From the NCBI GenBank assembly GCA_965140705.1, contig OZ223300.1, positions 928,001-992,000 of the forward strand: a DNA stretch of 64,000 nt, read 5' to 3'. The notes below the pieces were generated by a model that was given only the letters and a program-made list of their open reading frames with translations, was not told where the DNA came from and did not search any database. The position numbers and the translations under genes are program-made. The stretch is from an uncultured Arcobacter sp. GTDB lineage: Bacteria; Campylobacterota; Campylobacteria; Campylobacterales; Arcobacteraceae. This document shows, piece after piece, positions 42,523 to 54,609 of the stretch (position 1 is its first letter; each line of letters begins with the position of its first letter).

Positions 42523-44664
42523 TTAGTTTTTGTTATATGCATCTTTTTTTGAAAAAAACTCAATCACTTTTGCTTTTTTTTCTATAATTTTACGCACTTC
42601 ATCTCTATTTTTTTTATCAATTTCAAATTCTATATCACAATATTGAATATAGCTATGTTGTTCTCTTCCATAACTAACTGATAAAATATAACCTTCATAT
42701 TGACTCATGTACGTTAATAGTTTGGCTAATTCACCTTTTGTATTTTGTAAACTTACAACCATTTTGTATTGATAAAGTTCATTTTCTATCCATTTACAAA
42801 AAAGCATCTCTTTTTCTGCTTTTATTTTTTTATAGGCCTTATCACACATTTTATGGTGAATTATTGCTTTATTACCTTCTTTGAAAGCTACTATATCATC
42901 ACCAACTTTTGGATGACAACAGTGTTCAAAAGAAATTGAACTAATAGAATAGTTAGAATATATAAGTATATTCTCAAATTTATACTCTTTTAGTTTTTTG
43001 GGAATTAATTTAAATCGTTCTACAAAATTCATATTTTCTTGAATCTTTTTCTCAATCATTTTTTTTGTATGTTTTAAATAATCCAATAATAAAGGAATTT
43101 TATAGACATTTTCAATTTTATGATCTGCTACAATATATGCTTTGTATTTTGCGAAAATAGTATTTAATATATTTCTACCACTATATTCATTTATCTCTTT
43201 ATCCCTTTGAGTACATAAAAATTTTATTTGTTTTTTTGCTCTATTTGTTCTTACCATATGAATCCAAGAACATCTTGGAATATTATGATCTGTTGTATTA
43301 ATAGAGACTATATCACTACTTTTTAATTCTGTTAATAAAGGTTTTCTCACCTTATTTATATAACAATCAACAGCTTTATTTCCAACATCTGTATGAATCA
43401 TATAAGCATAATCATATGCTGTTGCACCCCTAGGAAGAGTAAAAGTATCTCCTCTTGGAGAGTAAATTACCATATCCTCAGAATACAAGTCTTCTTTTGC
43501 TTCAGTATAAAATTCTTCTACATTTTCATTTGTATATTCTAGTGATTTTAGCCAATTAAGATTAGGTGAGTGCTTGACTCCACTTTTATATTTCCAATGG
43601 GCTGCAATTCCATATTCTGCGACTTTATGCATCTCAAATGTTCTGATTTGTACTTCATGAATTTTTGAATTAAAGAAAACAGTTGAGTGGATTGTTTGAT
43701 AACCATTCTCTTTAGGTGTTGCAACATAATCTTTAAATCTTGAGATTAAAGGTTTATATTCTAAATGGATATGTCCTAAAACTTTATAACAATCAATCTC
43801 TTTATTTACAAGAATTCGTATTGCCATAAGATCTAAAATCTCATCAATTGTTACACCTTTTCTTTGTATTTTCATGTAAATAGAGTAGTGATGTTTTACC
43901 CTTGAAAATATTTTAACTTTACTCTCATCATAACCATTTTTTTCTAAAAGCATTTTTGTTGAAGATATAAATTGGTTAAAGCCTATTTGAATCGTTTGTT
44001 GATTCTCTTTCATAAAATCATCAATTTTTTTATATTCATCTGGGTAAATATAAAAAAATGCTAAATCTTCTAACTCATTTTTAATAGTAGAAATACCAAG
44101 TCTATGAGCAATAGGTACATAAACAACTAAAGTCTCTTCTGCTATTCTAAATTGCTTTTTAGGAGGCAGTGCTGAAAGTGTTAGCATATTATGGAGTCTA
44201 TCACAAAGTTTAACTACTAAAACTCTTGGATCATCAATTGAAGCTACTAATAGTTTTCTAAAAGTTAAGGCTGAAGTAACTATTTTTTTATCTGAATCGG
44301 AAGATACTAATTCACTCTCTCTAATCTCATCAATTTTTGTTAAGCCATCAACAATATAAGAGATATCTTCACCCCATCTTTCTTTTACAAATTCTAAAGA
44401 ATATTGAGTGTCTTCAACCACATCATGAAGTAGGGCAGCTGCCACAATTGATTCTTCAGCTGAAAAGTGTGCAGTTATACAAGCAACCAATAATGGATGT
44501 ACAGCATAAGGTTCACCACTTTTTCTAAATTGGCCTTCATGGGCTTGAATTGAAAAATCAACAATATCTTTTAACTTGGGAGTTATTTCTATTTGAGAGT
44601 TTAATTCAGCATAAGCACCTTTAATAGTGTTTATACGCTGAATTTTATTTATATATGGATCCAT
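42523..44664 (-). CDS. spoT: (p)ppGpp synthetase/hydrolase
   Basis: HEGQFRKSGEPY, LLHDVVED, RFKDY..PKENGYQ, TGS and ACT domains. Confidence 0.96.
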   Translation of the reverse strand: MDPYINKIQRINTIKGAYAELNSQIEITPKLKDIVDFSIQAHEGQFRKSGEPYAVHPLLVACITAHFSAEESIVAAALLHDVVEDTQYSLEFVKERWGEDISYIVDGLTKIDEIRESELVSSDSDKKIVTSALTFRKLLVASIDDPRVLVVKLCDRLHNMLTLSALPPKKQFRIAEETLVVYVPIAHRLGISTIKNELEDLAFFYIYPDEYKKIDDFMKENQQTIQIGFNQFISSTKMLLEKNGYDESKVKIFSRVKHHYSIYMKIQRKGVTIDEILDLMAIRILVNKEIDCYKVLGHIHLEYKPLISRFKDYVATPKENGYQTIHSTVFFNSKIHEVQIRTFEMHKVAEYGIAAHWKYKSGVKHSPNLNWLKSLEYTNENVEEFYTEAKEDLYSEDMVIYSPRGDTFTLPRGATAYDYAYMIHTDVGNKAVDCYINKVRKPLLTELKSSDIVSINTTDHNIPRCSWIHMVRTNRAKKQIKFLCTQRDKEINEYSGRNILNTIFAKYKAYIVADHKIENVYKIPLLLDYLKHTKKMIEKKIQENMNFVERFKLIPKKLKEYKFENILIYSNYSISSISFEHCCHPKVGDDIVAFKEGNKAIIHHKMCDKAYKKIKAEKEMLFCKWIENELYQYKMVVSLQNTKGELAKLLTYMSQYEGYILSVSYGREQHSYIQYCDIEFEIDKKNRDEVRKIIEKKAKVIEFFSKKDAYNKN

Positions 44665-44669
44665 ATTTG

Positions 44670-44882
44670 TTATTTGTTTATTAAACCTTCAATAACTAAT
44701 AATCCTTCGCCAATTTCATCGATTGCAATATCTGTGTATTTCATATGTTGAGTGTTTTTTTCTAAAAGCGGTTTTGCACCTTTACTTAGTTCATCAGCTC
44801 TTTGACCAACTGCTAATGCAAGAATATATCTATCGTTGTTTACTCTTTTTAATGCTAGTGATAATCTCTCTTCTAATCTCAT
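44670..44882 (-). CDS. rpoZ: RNA polymerase omega subunit
   Basis: DRYILALAVGQRA; pyrH-rpoZ-spoT synteny. Confidence 0.93.
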   Translation of the reverse strand: MRLEERLSLALKRVNNDRYILALAVGQRADELSKGAKPLLEKNTQHMKYTDIAIDEIGEGLLVIEGLINK

Positions 44883-44895
44883 ACTATTCCTTTTT

Positions 44896-45615
<720 letters not shown>

Positions 45616-45669
45616 TTATTATAATTTGTGGATTATATCTAAATAAAACTAAATACTCATTTAAATAAA

Positions 45670-46737
45670 TTATTGTACTGCCCATTCATAAAAAGGCAAA
45701 ATATTTATTTCTACTTTTTTGTACTTTAAAATGTCATTATTTCCAGCTGTAATTATATATACTTGTTGGATATTTAATTCATCAATTGTAGAATATATCT
45801 TTTTTATAATTGCATTATTTAGAAAAGTATTAAAAAAAGGTATTGCTAAAACTAAAGTTCTTTCCTCTTCGATAAAAAAATCTATTTTTTCTAAATAGTA
45901 TATATTTTTATGCTCTTTTTGTAGTTGGAGAAAAACCATATTTGTAAATTCATTTTTAAATTTTTTATTATGGGAAATTGAGTTTAAAAAAGCGTGATTG
46001 TAAGCATATATTTTTTTTGTAGACTTCTCATGATTATATTTTTTTAAGAAAAATATTAATTGATTTGCTTCATAAAATTTACAAAGTTCGTAAAATCTAT
46101 CTTTTGATATTTTAATGCTTTTTTTTAGTATTGTAAAGAGTTGATTTATTGATTTATTTTCATCTATTGAAGAAAAAAGTAGTTTTAAAACCTCTATTTC
46201 TGTACTATCTTTACAAAAAAGTTTAATGATTTCTTGTAGTCGATTAACTCTTTTATTTTCATCAATTGCAATCATTTCTGGCAAATTACCATATTTTAAA
46301 AAGTGATTAAAGGAAGTAGTTGAATTTTGGTACTTATTATCATGTAATAAATACTCTTCAAAATCTAAACCATGTACAAAAATTGTTTTGAATCCATTTA
46401 TCTCTTTATAATTTGAACTTGTGATTAAAATAGTTTCTACTAAGGGAAGTTCAAAATCAAAATCAAAGTTTTCTAAAACTAAAATTTTGATTTTTTTCTC
46501 TTTTATAAAATCATCTAAAAATAAAATAATCTCATCTTTATGATTTCTAAAATCATTAAAATTTATATATAAATACTCTTCACTATCAAAGTTTGATAAA
46601 TAGTCATAAATTAGATAACTCTTACCAGTCTTTGGTGGACCACATACAATAGTTTTAGGATGGGTTATTTTTTCTTTTCTCTCTTGAAAATTTATTTTAT
46701 TAAATTCTAACTCATAACAAGCATCTAAAATTTTCAT
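45670..46737 (-). CDS. AAA_14 / DUF4143-type ATP-binding protein
   Basis: GPPKTGKS Walker A, YLYINFND, LDFEEY, YGNLPE, C-terminal IDF. Confidence 0.8.
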   Translation of the reverse strand: MKILDACYELEFNKINFQERKEKITHPKTIVCGPPKTGKSYLIYDYLSNFDSEEYLYINFNDFRNHKDEIILFLDDFIKEKKIKILVLENFDFDFELPLVETILITSSNYKEINGFKTIFVHGLDFEEYLLHDNKYQNSTTSFNHFLKYGNLPEMIAIDENKRVNRLQEIIKLFCKDSTEIEVLKLLFSSIDENKSINQLFTILKKSIKISKDRFYELCKFYEANQLIFFLKKYNHEKSTKKIYAYNHAFLNSISHNKKFKNEFTNMVFLQLQKEHKNIYYLEKIDFFIEEERTLVLAIPFFNTFLNNAIIKKIYSTIDELNIQQVYIITAGNNDILKYKKVEINILPFYEWAVQ

Positions 46738-46741
46738 ATGA

Positions 46742-47686
46742 TTAGTTACTTAATTTAATAGCTTCTTTTACTGCATTTACATAACTTTTTAAAGATACTT
46801 TGGAGTTTTTATAAGCTATATCAAATGCAGTTCCATGATCTACAGAGGTTCTAATAATTGGAATATTTAAACTCACGTTTATACTTTGTTCAAAATATAA
46901 AGATTTTAAGGGAATTAGCCCTTGATCGTGGTACATACAAACATAATATTGATAATATTTTCTGTTCATTGGTGAAAAGGCAGTATCTGGTACTAATGGA
47001 CCTTTAAAGATATTTTTCCCTATTTCTTTATTTGCTTTTTTAATAGCTTTTATAATCTCAACTTCTTCATCCCCTAAAACTCCATTATCACTTGCATGTG
47101 GATTAAGGCCTAAGACTGCAATGTTATCTTGTTTTACATTTTCATAAAAATCTAATAAAAATTTAGTGATTTTTTCTTCTTCTATTTTTTTTGCTACTTT
47201 TCTAAGTGCAATATGTTCTGTATACAAAGCTACAAACAATTTAGAACATCCAAGCATCATAATTGCATCTTTGCCAAAATAATCCCTTAGAACTTCAGTA
47301 TGCCCCTTATAATGAATTTTTGCTCTATTCCAAGATTCCTTATTTATAGGTAAGGTTACTATTGCATCAACTTTTTTCTTTGAAGCTAGCTTAATTGCTG
47401 TTGTAAAAGAATCAAATGAATAAGCACCTGCATCTTTTGCTACAATTCCTGGTCTAATTACAAATTTACCTTTTACTTTTTCAAGTTCGAAGTCTTTTGG
47501 AATGTCAAGATTTAATAGTTTAGCACCATCTTTTAGTAAATCTTTATTTATACAATAAACGGGAGAACAGTATTTTTTAATTTTTTCATGTGCTTCTAAA
47601 GCAATTTGTAGTCCAATACCATTTAGATCTCCAATTGATATTGCAACTTTTTTTTTACTAATTTCTGCGTCAATTACTTTTGTCAT
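46742..47686 (-). CDS. pdxA: 4-hydroxythreonine-4-phosphate dehydrogenase
   Basis: GHTE, GLNPHA, MYHDQGL, RTSVDHGTAFDIA. Confidence 0.97.
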   Translation of the reverse strand: MTKVIDAEISKKKVAISIGDLNGIGLQIALEAHEKIKKYCSPVYCINKDLLKDGAKLLNLDIPKDFELEKVKGKFVIRPGIVAKDAGAYSFDSFTTAIKLASKKKVDAIVTLPINKESWNRAKIHYKGHTEVLRDYFGKDAIMMLGCSKLFVALYTEHIALRKVAKKIEEEKITKFLLDFYENVKQDNIAVLGLNPHASDNGVLGDEEVEIIKAIKKANKEIGKNIFKGPLVPDTAFSPMNRKYYQYYVCMYHDQGLIPLKSLYFEQSINVSLNIPIIRTSVDHGTAFDIAYKNSKVSLKSYVNAVKEAIKLSN

Positions 47687-47691
47687 ACTTC

Positions 47692-48474
47692 TTAATCCTT
47701 GATAAGATTTTTCATCTCAATAATTGCATCTTTTAAGCCAGTAAAAACTGACCGTGCTATTATACTTTGTCCAATATTTAATTCACTTATTTGTTTTATT
47801 CTTGAAATCATCGTTACATTTTGATAATTTAGACCATGTCCTGCAGCAACTTTTAAGTCTAGCTCTTTGGCAAATATTGAAGCTTTTTTAATCTCTTTTC
47901 TTGCTTTTGTTAGAAGTTTTTTTAAATCTTCCCTTGGTAATTCTAACTCTTTAATACTATGGTGTGTATTATTTAAATTACCATGTAACATTGCATATAC
48001 ATTTGCAAAAGTTCCAGTATGAAGTTCACACCATTCAACTTGTAGTTGTTGCGATAACTCTATCATATCTTTTGTAGGATCAATAAAAAGTGAAACTTCA
48101 ATCTCATTTTCATGAAGTTTATCAACAGCATTTTTTATTCTTTCAAAGTTTGATTTTAAATCTAAACCACCTTCAGTTGTAACTTCTTCTCTATTTTCAG
48201 GAACAAGTGTTACCCGAGAGGGTTTAAATTTACATGCGATATCTATGATTTTTTCATTGATTGAGCACTCTAAATTAACTGGAAGAGTTGATAATTTTAT
48301 AATATTTTTTGCATCATTATCATGGATATGTCGTCTATCTTCTCTTAAGTGAATTGTAATTTGTTCAGCACCTGCTAATTTACAAATTCCAAGGGCATCA
48401 AGTGGGTTTGGGTCATTTATTTTTCTGGCTTCTCTTAATACAGCAATATGATCTATGTTTACGCCAAGTAGCAA
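47692..48474 (-). CDS. pdxJ: Pyridoxine 5'-phosphate synthase
   Basis: LGVNIDH, HLREDRRHI, AGHGL. Confidence 0.97.
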   Translation of the reverse strand: MLLGVNIDHIAVLREARKINDPNPLDALGICKLAGAEQITIHLREDRRHIHDNDAKNIIKLSTLPVNLECSINEKIIDIACKFKPSRVTLVPENREEVTTEGGLDLKSNFERIKNAVDKLHENEIEVSLFIDPTKDMIELSQQLQVEWCELHTGTFANVYAMLHGNLNNTHHSIKELELPREDLKKLLTKARKEIKKASIFAKELDLKVAAGHGLNYQNVTMISRIKQISELNIGQSIIARSVFTGLKDAIIEMKNLIKD

Positions 48475-48552
48475 AATTTATCCTTTTAATATTGGGTATA
48501 GTTTTAGAATAACATAATATCCAATATTAATTAAGATAAATCTTTTAATATT

Positions 48553-49962
48553 TTATGATAAGTCTTTTAGTGTTGAAATATTAGCAGCAAGTTTATTCTG
48601 AACTTCTAAATACTCAAGTTCTGGAATTGAATCTGCAACTACTCCCGCTCCTGCTTGGAATATTACTTTGTCTTTTGTTAGCATTGTACTTCTAATAGTA
48701 ATTGCACTATCCATATTTCCATCAAAACCAAAATAAGCAATACTTCCTGAATAAAAATTTCTTTTTATTCCTTCAAATTGCGCAATTAATTCCATCGCTC
48801 TTATTTTTGGAGCTCCTGTCATTGTTCCTGCTGTAAAAGTAGCTGCAAAAAGGTCAAACATGTCATATTTATCATCAATAACTGCTTCCACATCAGTTAC
48901 CATGTGCATTACATGAGAATATCTTTCTACTCTCATCAAATCAGTTACTTTTACAGTTCCAGGTTTTGCACATCTCCCCACATCATTTCTTCCAAGGTCG
49001 ATTAACATAATATGTTCCGCTCTCTCTTTTATATCAGAAAGAAGTTCATTTTCCATTTCCAAATCTTTGTCTATGTTTTTACCTCTTTTTCTAGTACCTG
49101 CTATTGGTCTTAAAAGTATATGTCCATCTACAAGTCTAACCATAACTTCAGGAGAACTTCCTGCAATTGAAAAATCTTCAAATTCAAGTAAAAAAAGGTA
49201 AGGGCTAGGATTTTTACTTCTTAGTGCTCTATAAAAACTCAAGTGGTCTACAATAGCTTTTTGAGTGAATCTATTTGACATAAGTATTTGAAAAACATCA
49301 CCACTTCTTATCATTTCTTTTGATTTTGATACCATTTCAAAAAATTGTTCTTTTGTATAGTTGAATTTTCCCTCATCTAAAAGTTCAGCTTTTTTTAATG
49401 GTAGGAATTCATAAGGAGTAAATAAATTTTTTTCAATAACTTCTAAATCATTTTTATATTTTTCACAACTAGTAACAATTACAAGCTTAGAAGTTTTATG
49501 TGAAAATCCTAAAATAATCTTTGGTCGTATTAAGTCCAAATCAGGAATATTTAATTCATCAATCAAGGGGTCCATATATGGTTTTAAAACTGGTTCAAAC
49601 TCTTTACCAATATCATAACCAACATTACCAATAAAACCATCAATTAATCCAATTCCCAATTCCAAAGATTTTTGTTTATAAAACTCTTTATCAAAGTTTT
49701 TATAATACTCTTTTAAAAATTTAAGTGGATTAGAATTTACTTCTTTTATTTCACCTTTTTCATTTCTGAAAAATGTTGTTGAGCCTTCATGCCATACTCT
49801 CTCTCTTGCTCCAAGTAAAATATAAGAGTAGTTTCCCTCAGTTGAATTGATTGTACTTTCAAATAAAAAAGTAATTTCATCTTTATAGATGTCTTTTACT
49901 TTTTTATAAATTGATACGGGTGTAAATTGGTCTAAAAATAGTTCTTTTGAAAAAATCTGCAT
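48553..49962 (-). CDS. trpE: Anthranilate synthase component I
   Basis: [40 protein letters not shown]. Confidence 0.88.
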   Translation of the reverse strand: MQIFSKELFLDQFTPVSIYKKVKDIYKDEITFLFESTINSTEGNYSYILLGARERVWHEGSTTFFRNEKGEIKEVNSNPLKFLKEYYKNFDKEFYKQKSLELGIGLIDGFIGNVGYDIGKEFEPVLKPYMDPLIDELNIPDLDLIRPKIILGFSHKTSKLVIVTSCEKYKNDLEVIEKNLFTPYEFLPLKKAELLDEGKFNYTKEQFFEMVSKSKEMIRSGDVFQILMSNRFTQKAIVDHLSFYRALRSKNPSPYLFLLEFEDFSIAGSSPEVMVRLVDGHILLRPIAGTRKRGKNIDKDLEMENELLSDIKERAEHIMLIDLGRNDVGRCAKPGTVKVTDLMRVERYSHVMHMVTDVEAVIDDKYDMFDLFAATFTAGTMTGAPKIRAMELIAQFEGIKRNFYSGSIAYFGFDGNMDSAITIRSTMLTKDKVIFQAGAGVVADSIPELEYLEVQNKLAANISTLKDLS

Positions 49963-49977
49963 ACAGTTTGAACCTTA

Positions 49978-50958
49978 TTAAAATTTCAAAATAAAAGCGC
50001 TACTAATGTTAAGTTTTGATTTAACATTATTCATATTATTGATTGCATCACTTCTAGATTTAAATGGACCTACTAATACTTTTGTAAAAGTTGTACCTTT
50101 GACATTTACTTTGTAAAAAACATATTTAAGATTACTTTTTCTTAGGTTATCCATATATTTTTTGTCTATATTTTTTGAAAAGGCTCCAACTTGAATAAAA
50201 GTACCTTTTGGTTCATTAGTTAAAATTTTCTTTGTAGTTTTCACTACTGGTTTAGGAGCTGGTTTTTCTACTACTTTTTTAACTACTGGTTTTTTGACAA
50301 CAGGTTTTGCTTTCTCTACTTTTTTCTCTGTAGCCTTTTTTGCCTCTACATTAAAGATATCTTTTTTTAACTCTTTAGCTTTTTCAACTTCTTTTGGAGA
50401 AGGTTCTGGAGCAGAGACTTTTTTCTCTTCTTTTTGAATATTGTTAAGATCCATTGCTTCTGTTATATCTTTATTTTGCTTTTCAGTTTTTTTATTTAAA
50501 TCTTCAATGCTTTTTAGCTTCTCATTTACTATTTTTTGATATTGCTGTTCAATATTGTCATTTAAGGGTTTGTCTTGTTCAATAGTCTCTTTTTTTGTTA
50601 ATGAATCATCTTCAACTTTAGTTTGGTTATCTAAAAGACGAAAGATTATAATCGTTATCAAAAATAAAACTGCTAAAACTAGTCCTAATACAATATACTT
50701 TTTCTTATTGTCTTTATTTTGTGAAGAGTTACTTGCTCCTAACAAAATATCATCTAATTCTGACTCAGTTTTATTAACTTCTTCTTCATAAGTAAAATTA
50801 TCATTACTTGCATAAGGATTATTTTGTTCATATGGGTTCTTCGAAGAAGAATTTATGTTTTTAGCTTGTGACTCTAGTTCCATCAATCTCTCCTCTAATT
50901 CTGTTTGTTCCCTTTTTATTTGAACATTTTTTATAAAATCTTCGCCTTTTATTTCCAT
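49978..50958 (-). CDS. SPOR-domain cell-division protein (DedD/FtsN-like)
   Basis: Single TM, K/P/V-rich linker, C-terminal IQVGAF...VLVGPF. Confidence 0.88.
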   Translation of the reverse strand: MEIKGEDFIKNVQIKREQTELEERLMELESQAKNINSSSKNPYEQNNPYASNDNFTYEEEVNKTESELDDILLGASNSSQNKDNKKKYIVLGLVLAVLFLITIIIFRLLDNQTKVEDDSLTKKETIEQDKPLNDNIEQQYQKIVNEKLKSIEDLNKKTEKQNKDITEAMDLNNIQKEEKKVSAPEPSPKEVEKAKELKKDIFNVEAKKATEKKVEKAKPVVKKPVVKKVVEKPAPKPVVKTTKKILTNEPKGTFIQVGAFSKNIDKKYMDNLRKSNLKYVFYKVNVKGTTFTKVLVGPFKSRSDAINNMNNVKSKLNISSAFILKF

Positions 50959-50980
50959 AATAAGCCTTTATTACTATTTA

Positions 50981-52243
50981 TTAATATGTAGAACTAGTAT
51001 AAATAACGAAATTTTTAGCTAATTCTTCTAACTCTTTTTTAATTTTTGCTTGTAATTGGGTATTTTCAATATCATCTAAAACATCACAAATTTTATTTGC
51101 AATTATTTCAAACTCTTTTTCTTTCATCCCTCTACTTGTAAGTGCTGGACTACCGATTCTAACACCACTTGTTACAAATGGGCTTCTAGTTTCACCAGGA
51201 ACTGTATTTTTATTTACAGTAATCCCTGCATTTCCTAAAGCTGCATCTGCATCTTTACCACTAAATGGCTTATTTAAAAATGATACTAAAATTAAGTGAT
51301 TATCTGTTCCACCACTTACGATATCATATCCTCTTTTCATTAACACATCAGCTAAAACTTTTGCATTTGCTTTAACTTGTTTTGCATACTCTTTCCATGA
51401 TGGGTCAAGAATCTCTTTAAATGCAACTGCTTTTGCAGCCATAACGTGAACTAATGGTCCACCTTGAAGTCCTGGGAAAATTGCTGAATTTATTTTTTTA
51501 GCGATATCTTCATCATCTGTTAAAATAAGTCCACCTCTTGGTCCTCTCAATGTCTTATGTGTAGTTGTTGTTACAACATGTGCATGAGGAAATGGTGATG
51601 GATGTTCTCCAGCAGCAACAAGACCAGCAATATGTGCAATATCTGCAAATAAAATAGCTCCAACTGCATCAGCTATTTCTCTAAATTTAGCAAAATCAAT
51701 CTCTCTTGCATAAGCACTAGCCCCACAAACAATAATTTTTGGTTGTGTAACTTTTGCTATTTCCATAACTTTGTCATAATTAATTCTACCATCAAGTTCT
51801 ACACCATAATAAAATGCTTGATAATTTTTACCTGAAAATGAAGGTTTAGACCCATGAGTTAAATGTCCACCATGAGATAAGTCCATACCTAAAATTTTAT
51901 CACCAGCATTTATTAGTGCCGCATAAACTGCACCATTTGCTTGACTACCTGCATGTGGTTGTACGTTTGCAAATTTACAACCAAAAATTTCACAAGCTCT
52001 ATCAATAGCTAATTGCTCAGCTTTATCAGCAAATTCACATCCTCCATAATATCTTTTATATGGATAACCTTCTGCATATTTGTTAGTAAATACAGAACCC
52101 ATAGTTTGCATTACAGCTGGACTTGTAAAGTTTTCACTTGCAATCATCTCTAAGTGTGTAGTTTGTCTTTCTAACTCATTTTCTAAAATATCAAAAATCT
52201 CTTTATCTGCTTGTTCTAAATTATTATTACTAATATAACTCAT
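50981..52243 (-). CDS. glyA: Serine hydroxymethyltransferase
   Basis: [27 protein letters not shown]. Confidence 0.98.
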   Translation of the reverse strand: MSYISNNNLEQADKEIFDILENELERQTTHLEMIASENFTSPAVMQTMGSVFTNKYAEGYPYKRYYGGCEFADKAEQLAIDRACEIFGCKFANVQPHAGSQANGAVYAALINAGDKILGMDLSHGGHLTHGSKPSFSGKNYQAFYYGVELDGRINYDKVMEIAKVTQPKIIVCGASAYAREIDFAKFREIADAVGAILFADIAHIAGLVAAGEHPSPFPHAHVVTTTTHKTLRGPRGGLILTDDEDIAKKINSAIFPGLQGGPLVHVMAAKAVAFKEILDPSWKEYAKQVKANAKVLADVLMKRGYDIVSGGTDNHLILVSFLNKPFSGKDADAALGNAGITVNKNTVPGETRSPFVTSGVRIGSPALTSRGMKEKEFEIIANKICDVLDDIENTQLQAKIKKELEELAKNFVIYTSSTY

Positions 52244-52266
52244 TTCTAATTCTCCTGATTTATTAT

Positions 52267-53784
52267 TTATTCTTGGTCTTCTGAATATAAATCTATTTCT
52301 TGCTTGATTGGTTTCATTGCTGGAAATAGTAATACATCCCTAATACTATGTTGATTTGTTAACATCATAACAAGTCTATCAATACCTATACCTTGCCCAG
52401 CTGTTGGTGCCATTCCATAAGATAAAGCATTTACAAAGTCTTCATCCATTTCATGTGCTTCATCATCACCTGAATCTTTAGCAGCCATTTGAGCTTCAAA
52501 CCGGCCCAGTTGGTCTAAAGGATCATTTAACTCTGAAAAGGCATTTGCTATCTCTTTACCTGCGATAAATAACTCAAATCTATCTGTTAAATGAGTTTTC
52601 TCATCATTTCTTCTAGCCAATGGAGAAATCTCAACAGGATATTCTGTTATAAATGTTGGGTTAATTAATTTTTCTTCAACATATTCATCAAAAAGTTCAC
52701 CTTGAAGTTGCCCAATATTCATATTTTCATTTACTTCTAGATTTTTTTCTTTCATAAATGCAATGATTTTATCTTTATCTTCAACTATATCTTTAGGAAC
52801 TCCACCAATTTCGTAAAGTGATTGGATTAATGGAATTTCAGAAAATTTATTAAAATCAATTTCAACTTCACCGTATGGTAAGTTAGTTGGTAAATCTAAG
52901 TTTTCAAATAAATATTCAAAATACTCTTTTGTAAGGGCAATTAAATCTTTATATGTTTTATAAGCCCAATAAAATTCAATAGAAGTAAATTCTGGATTAT
53001 GGGTTGCATCCATTCCTTCATTTCTAAAGTTTCTGTTTATTTCAAATACAGCTTCAAATCCACCTACAATTAATCTTTTTAAATATAACTCAGGTGCAAT
53101 TCTTAAAAATCTATCAACACCTAATGCATTGTGATGAGTAGTAAATGGCTTAGCATTTGCTCCCCCTGCAATTGGATGCATCATAGGAGTTTCAACTTCT
53201 AAAAAACCTTTTGATTCAAAAAATCTTCTTGTAAGGCTAATTACTTTACTTCTTATGTGAAAAGTTTTTCTTACTTCACTATTCATAATCAAATCTAAGT
53301 ATCTTTGTCTATATCTTAACTCTTTATCTTGAATACCATGGTATTTTTCTGGTAGTGGAGAAATTGATTTTGTAAGTATTTGCACACTATCCACATGTAA
53401 AGATAATTCACCTTTACCTGTAACAAAAGGATATCCCCCAACTTCAATAATATCACCAACTTCAATATTTTTTTTAAATATGTCGTTGTAAAAACCTTCA
53501 AGTAAATTATCCCTTGCAACATAAATTTGTAATAGTCCACTTTCATCTTCTATTTTTAGAAAAGATGCTTTTCCCATAAGTCTAAAAAATTTAATTCTAC
53601 CACTGACTATGTAGTGTCTTTTTTCATCTCTTTTATCTTCTTTTTGAAAAATATCGCTATTTACATTTAAGTATTTTGCAATAGTTGTATTTCTTTTTGA
53701 TTCATTAGCATAAGGATTTACACCAAGTTCTCTTAAGTTATTTGCTTTTTCAATTCTTTGTTGTATGTATGTATTTTCAAACAA
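52267..53784 (-). CDS. lysS: Lysine--tRNA ligase (class II)
   Basis: [31 protein letters not shown]. Confidence 0.98.
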   Translation of the reverse strand: MFENTYIQQRIEKANNLRELGVNPYANESKRNTTIAKYLNVNSDIFQKEDKRDEKRHYIVSGRIKFFRLMGKASFLKIEDESGLLQIYVARDNLLEGFYNDIFKKNIEVGDIIEVGGYPFVTGKGELSLHVDSVQILTKSISPLPEKYHGIQDKELRYRQRYLDLIMNSEVRKTFHIRSKVISLTRRFFESKGFLEVETPMMHPIAGGANAKPFTTHHNALGVDRFLRIAPELYLKRLIVGGFEAVFEINRNFRNEGMDATHNPEFTSIEFYWAYKTYKDLIALTKEYFEYLFENLDLPTNLPYGEVEIDFNKFSEIPLIQSLYEIGGVPKDIVEDKDKIIAFMKEKNLEVNENMNIGQLQGELFDEYVEEKLINPTFITEYPVEISPLARRNDEKTHLTDRFELFIAGKEIANAFSELNDPLDQLGRFEAQMAAKDSGDDEAHEMDEDFVNALSYGMAPTAGQGIGIDRLVMMLTNQHSIRDVLLFPAMKPIKQEIDLYSEDQE

Positions 53785-53796
53785 TATATAAATCCT

Positions 53797-54546
53797 TTAT
53801 TTCTCTTCTTTTTCTGGTTTTGTAAGAGTATCTTTTATTATCTCTGCACCAGTTTCTTTTACTTTTTGTGCTGCATCTTTTGTAGATTCTATAATTTTAT
53901 CACCTAAAGTCTCTTTTTTAGGAGTTGTTTCAGGTTTTACTTCTTTATTTTCATCTGCAGTAATCTCAGATTTTACATCTTTTTTTGTTTCTTCAACAGT
54001 TGTTTTATTCTCATTAGTAGTTTCAACTACTGGCTCTTCTTTACTACTTGGCAAAAACTTAGAGGTATCAAGTTTAACTATAAATCCACCTGTTTCTACT
54101 AATACTGGAAAAACTATTGATTTAGCAAGTTTTTTATCTAATGAAGCTCTAAATGATTGAATTTGATATAAAGCATAAAAAATTACTGAAATAATTAAAA
54201 ATATTTTAGCTGTACCAAAAACAAATCCGAATAGTCTATTTAGTGCACCCAATCCACTCATTTCACTCATTTTACTTAAGATTGAACCTGCAATATAAAC
54301 TAAAATCCAAAATCCAATTAAAGTAACAACAAATCCGATTAGTGATAACGTAGCATTACTATTTATTCCAATTAGTGGCTTAATAAGATTTCCAACTGTT
54401 TCTGATAACCTTGAAGCTATAAAAATACCTCCAATAATACCTACAAGTCCGAAAACTTCTTTTATAAAACCTTTAAAAAGACCTTTTAGTCCTAAAACTA
54501 CAGAAATCCCAACAATAATCATGTCAAAAGTAGAAAACTCTTGCAT
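53797..54546 (-). CDS. cvpA: CvpA-family membrane protein with charged C-terminal extension
   Basis: KGFIKEVFGL, LNRLFGFVFG; upstream of lysS. Confidence 0.88.
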   Translation of the reverse strand: MQEFSTFDMIIVGISVVLGLKGLFKGFIKEVFGLVGIIGGIFIASRLSETVGNLIKPLIGINSNATLSLIGFVVTLIGFWILVYIAGSILSKMSEMSGLGALNRLFGFVFGTAKIFLIISVIFYALYQIQSFRASLDKKLAKSIVFPVLVETGGFIVKLDTSKFLPSSKEEPVVETTNENKTTVEETKKDVKSEITADENKEVKPETTPKKETLGDKIIESTKDAAQKVKETGAEIIKDTLTKPEKEEK

Positions 54547-54609
54547 TTGGTTCCTTTTATATAATATTTGGCAATTATATCGAAAATAGTTAAAAGAAAA
54601 GTTAATGGT

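Noticed and set aside
45670..46737. AAA/DUF4143 ATPase as an anti-phage defence system
   Set aside because: Single gene within a housekeeping run with no partner genes; no supporting evidence here
48486..48531. Imperfect inverted repeat between trpE and pdxJ as an attenuator or riboswitch
   Set aside because: Lies downstream of trpE with no leader peptide; at most a weak terminator
50230..50350. PVVKK/EKK repeats in the SPOR protein (similar KKSTT repeats in amiA near 39860-39950)
   Set aside because: Ordinary low-complexity protein linkers, not DNA repeat arrays
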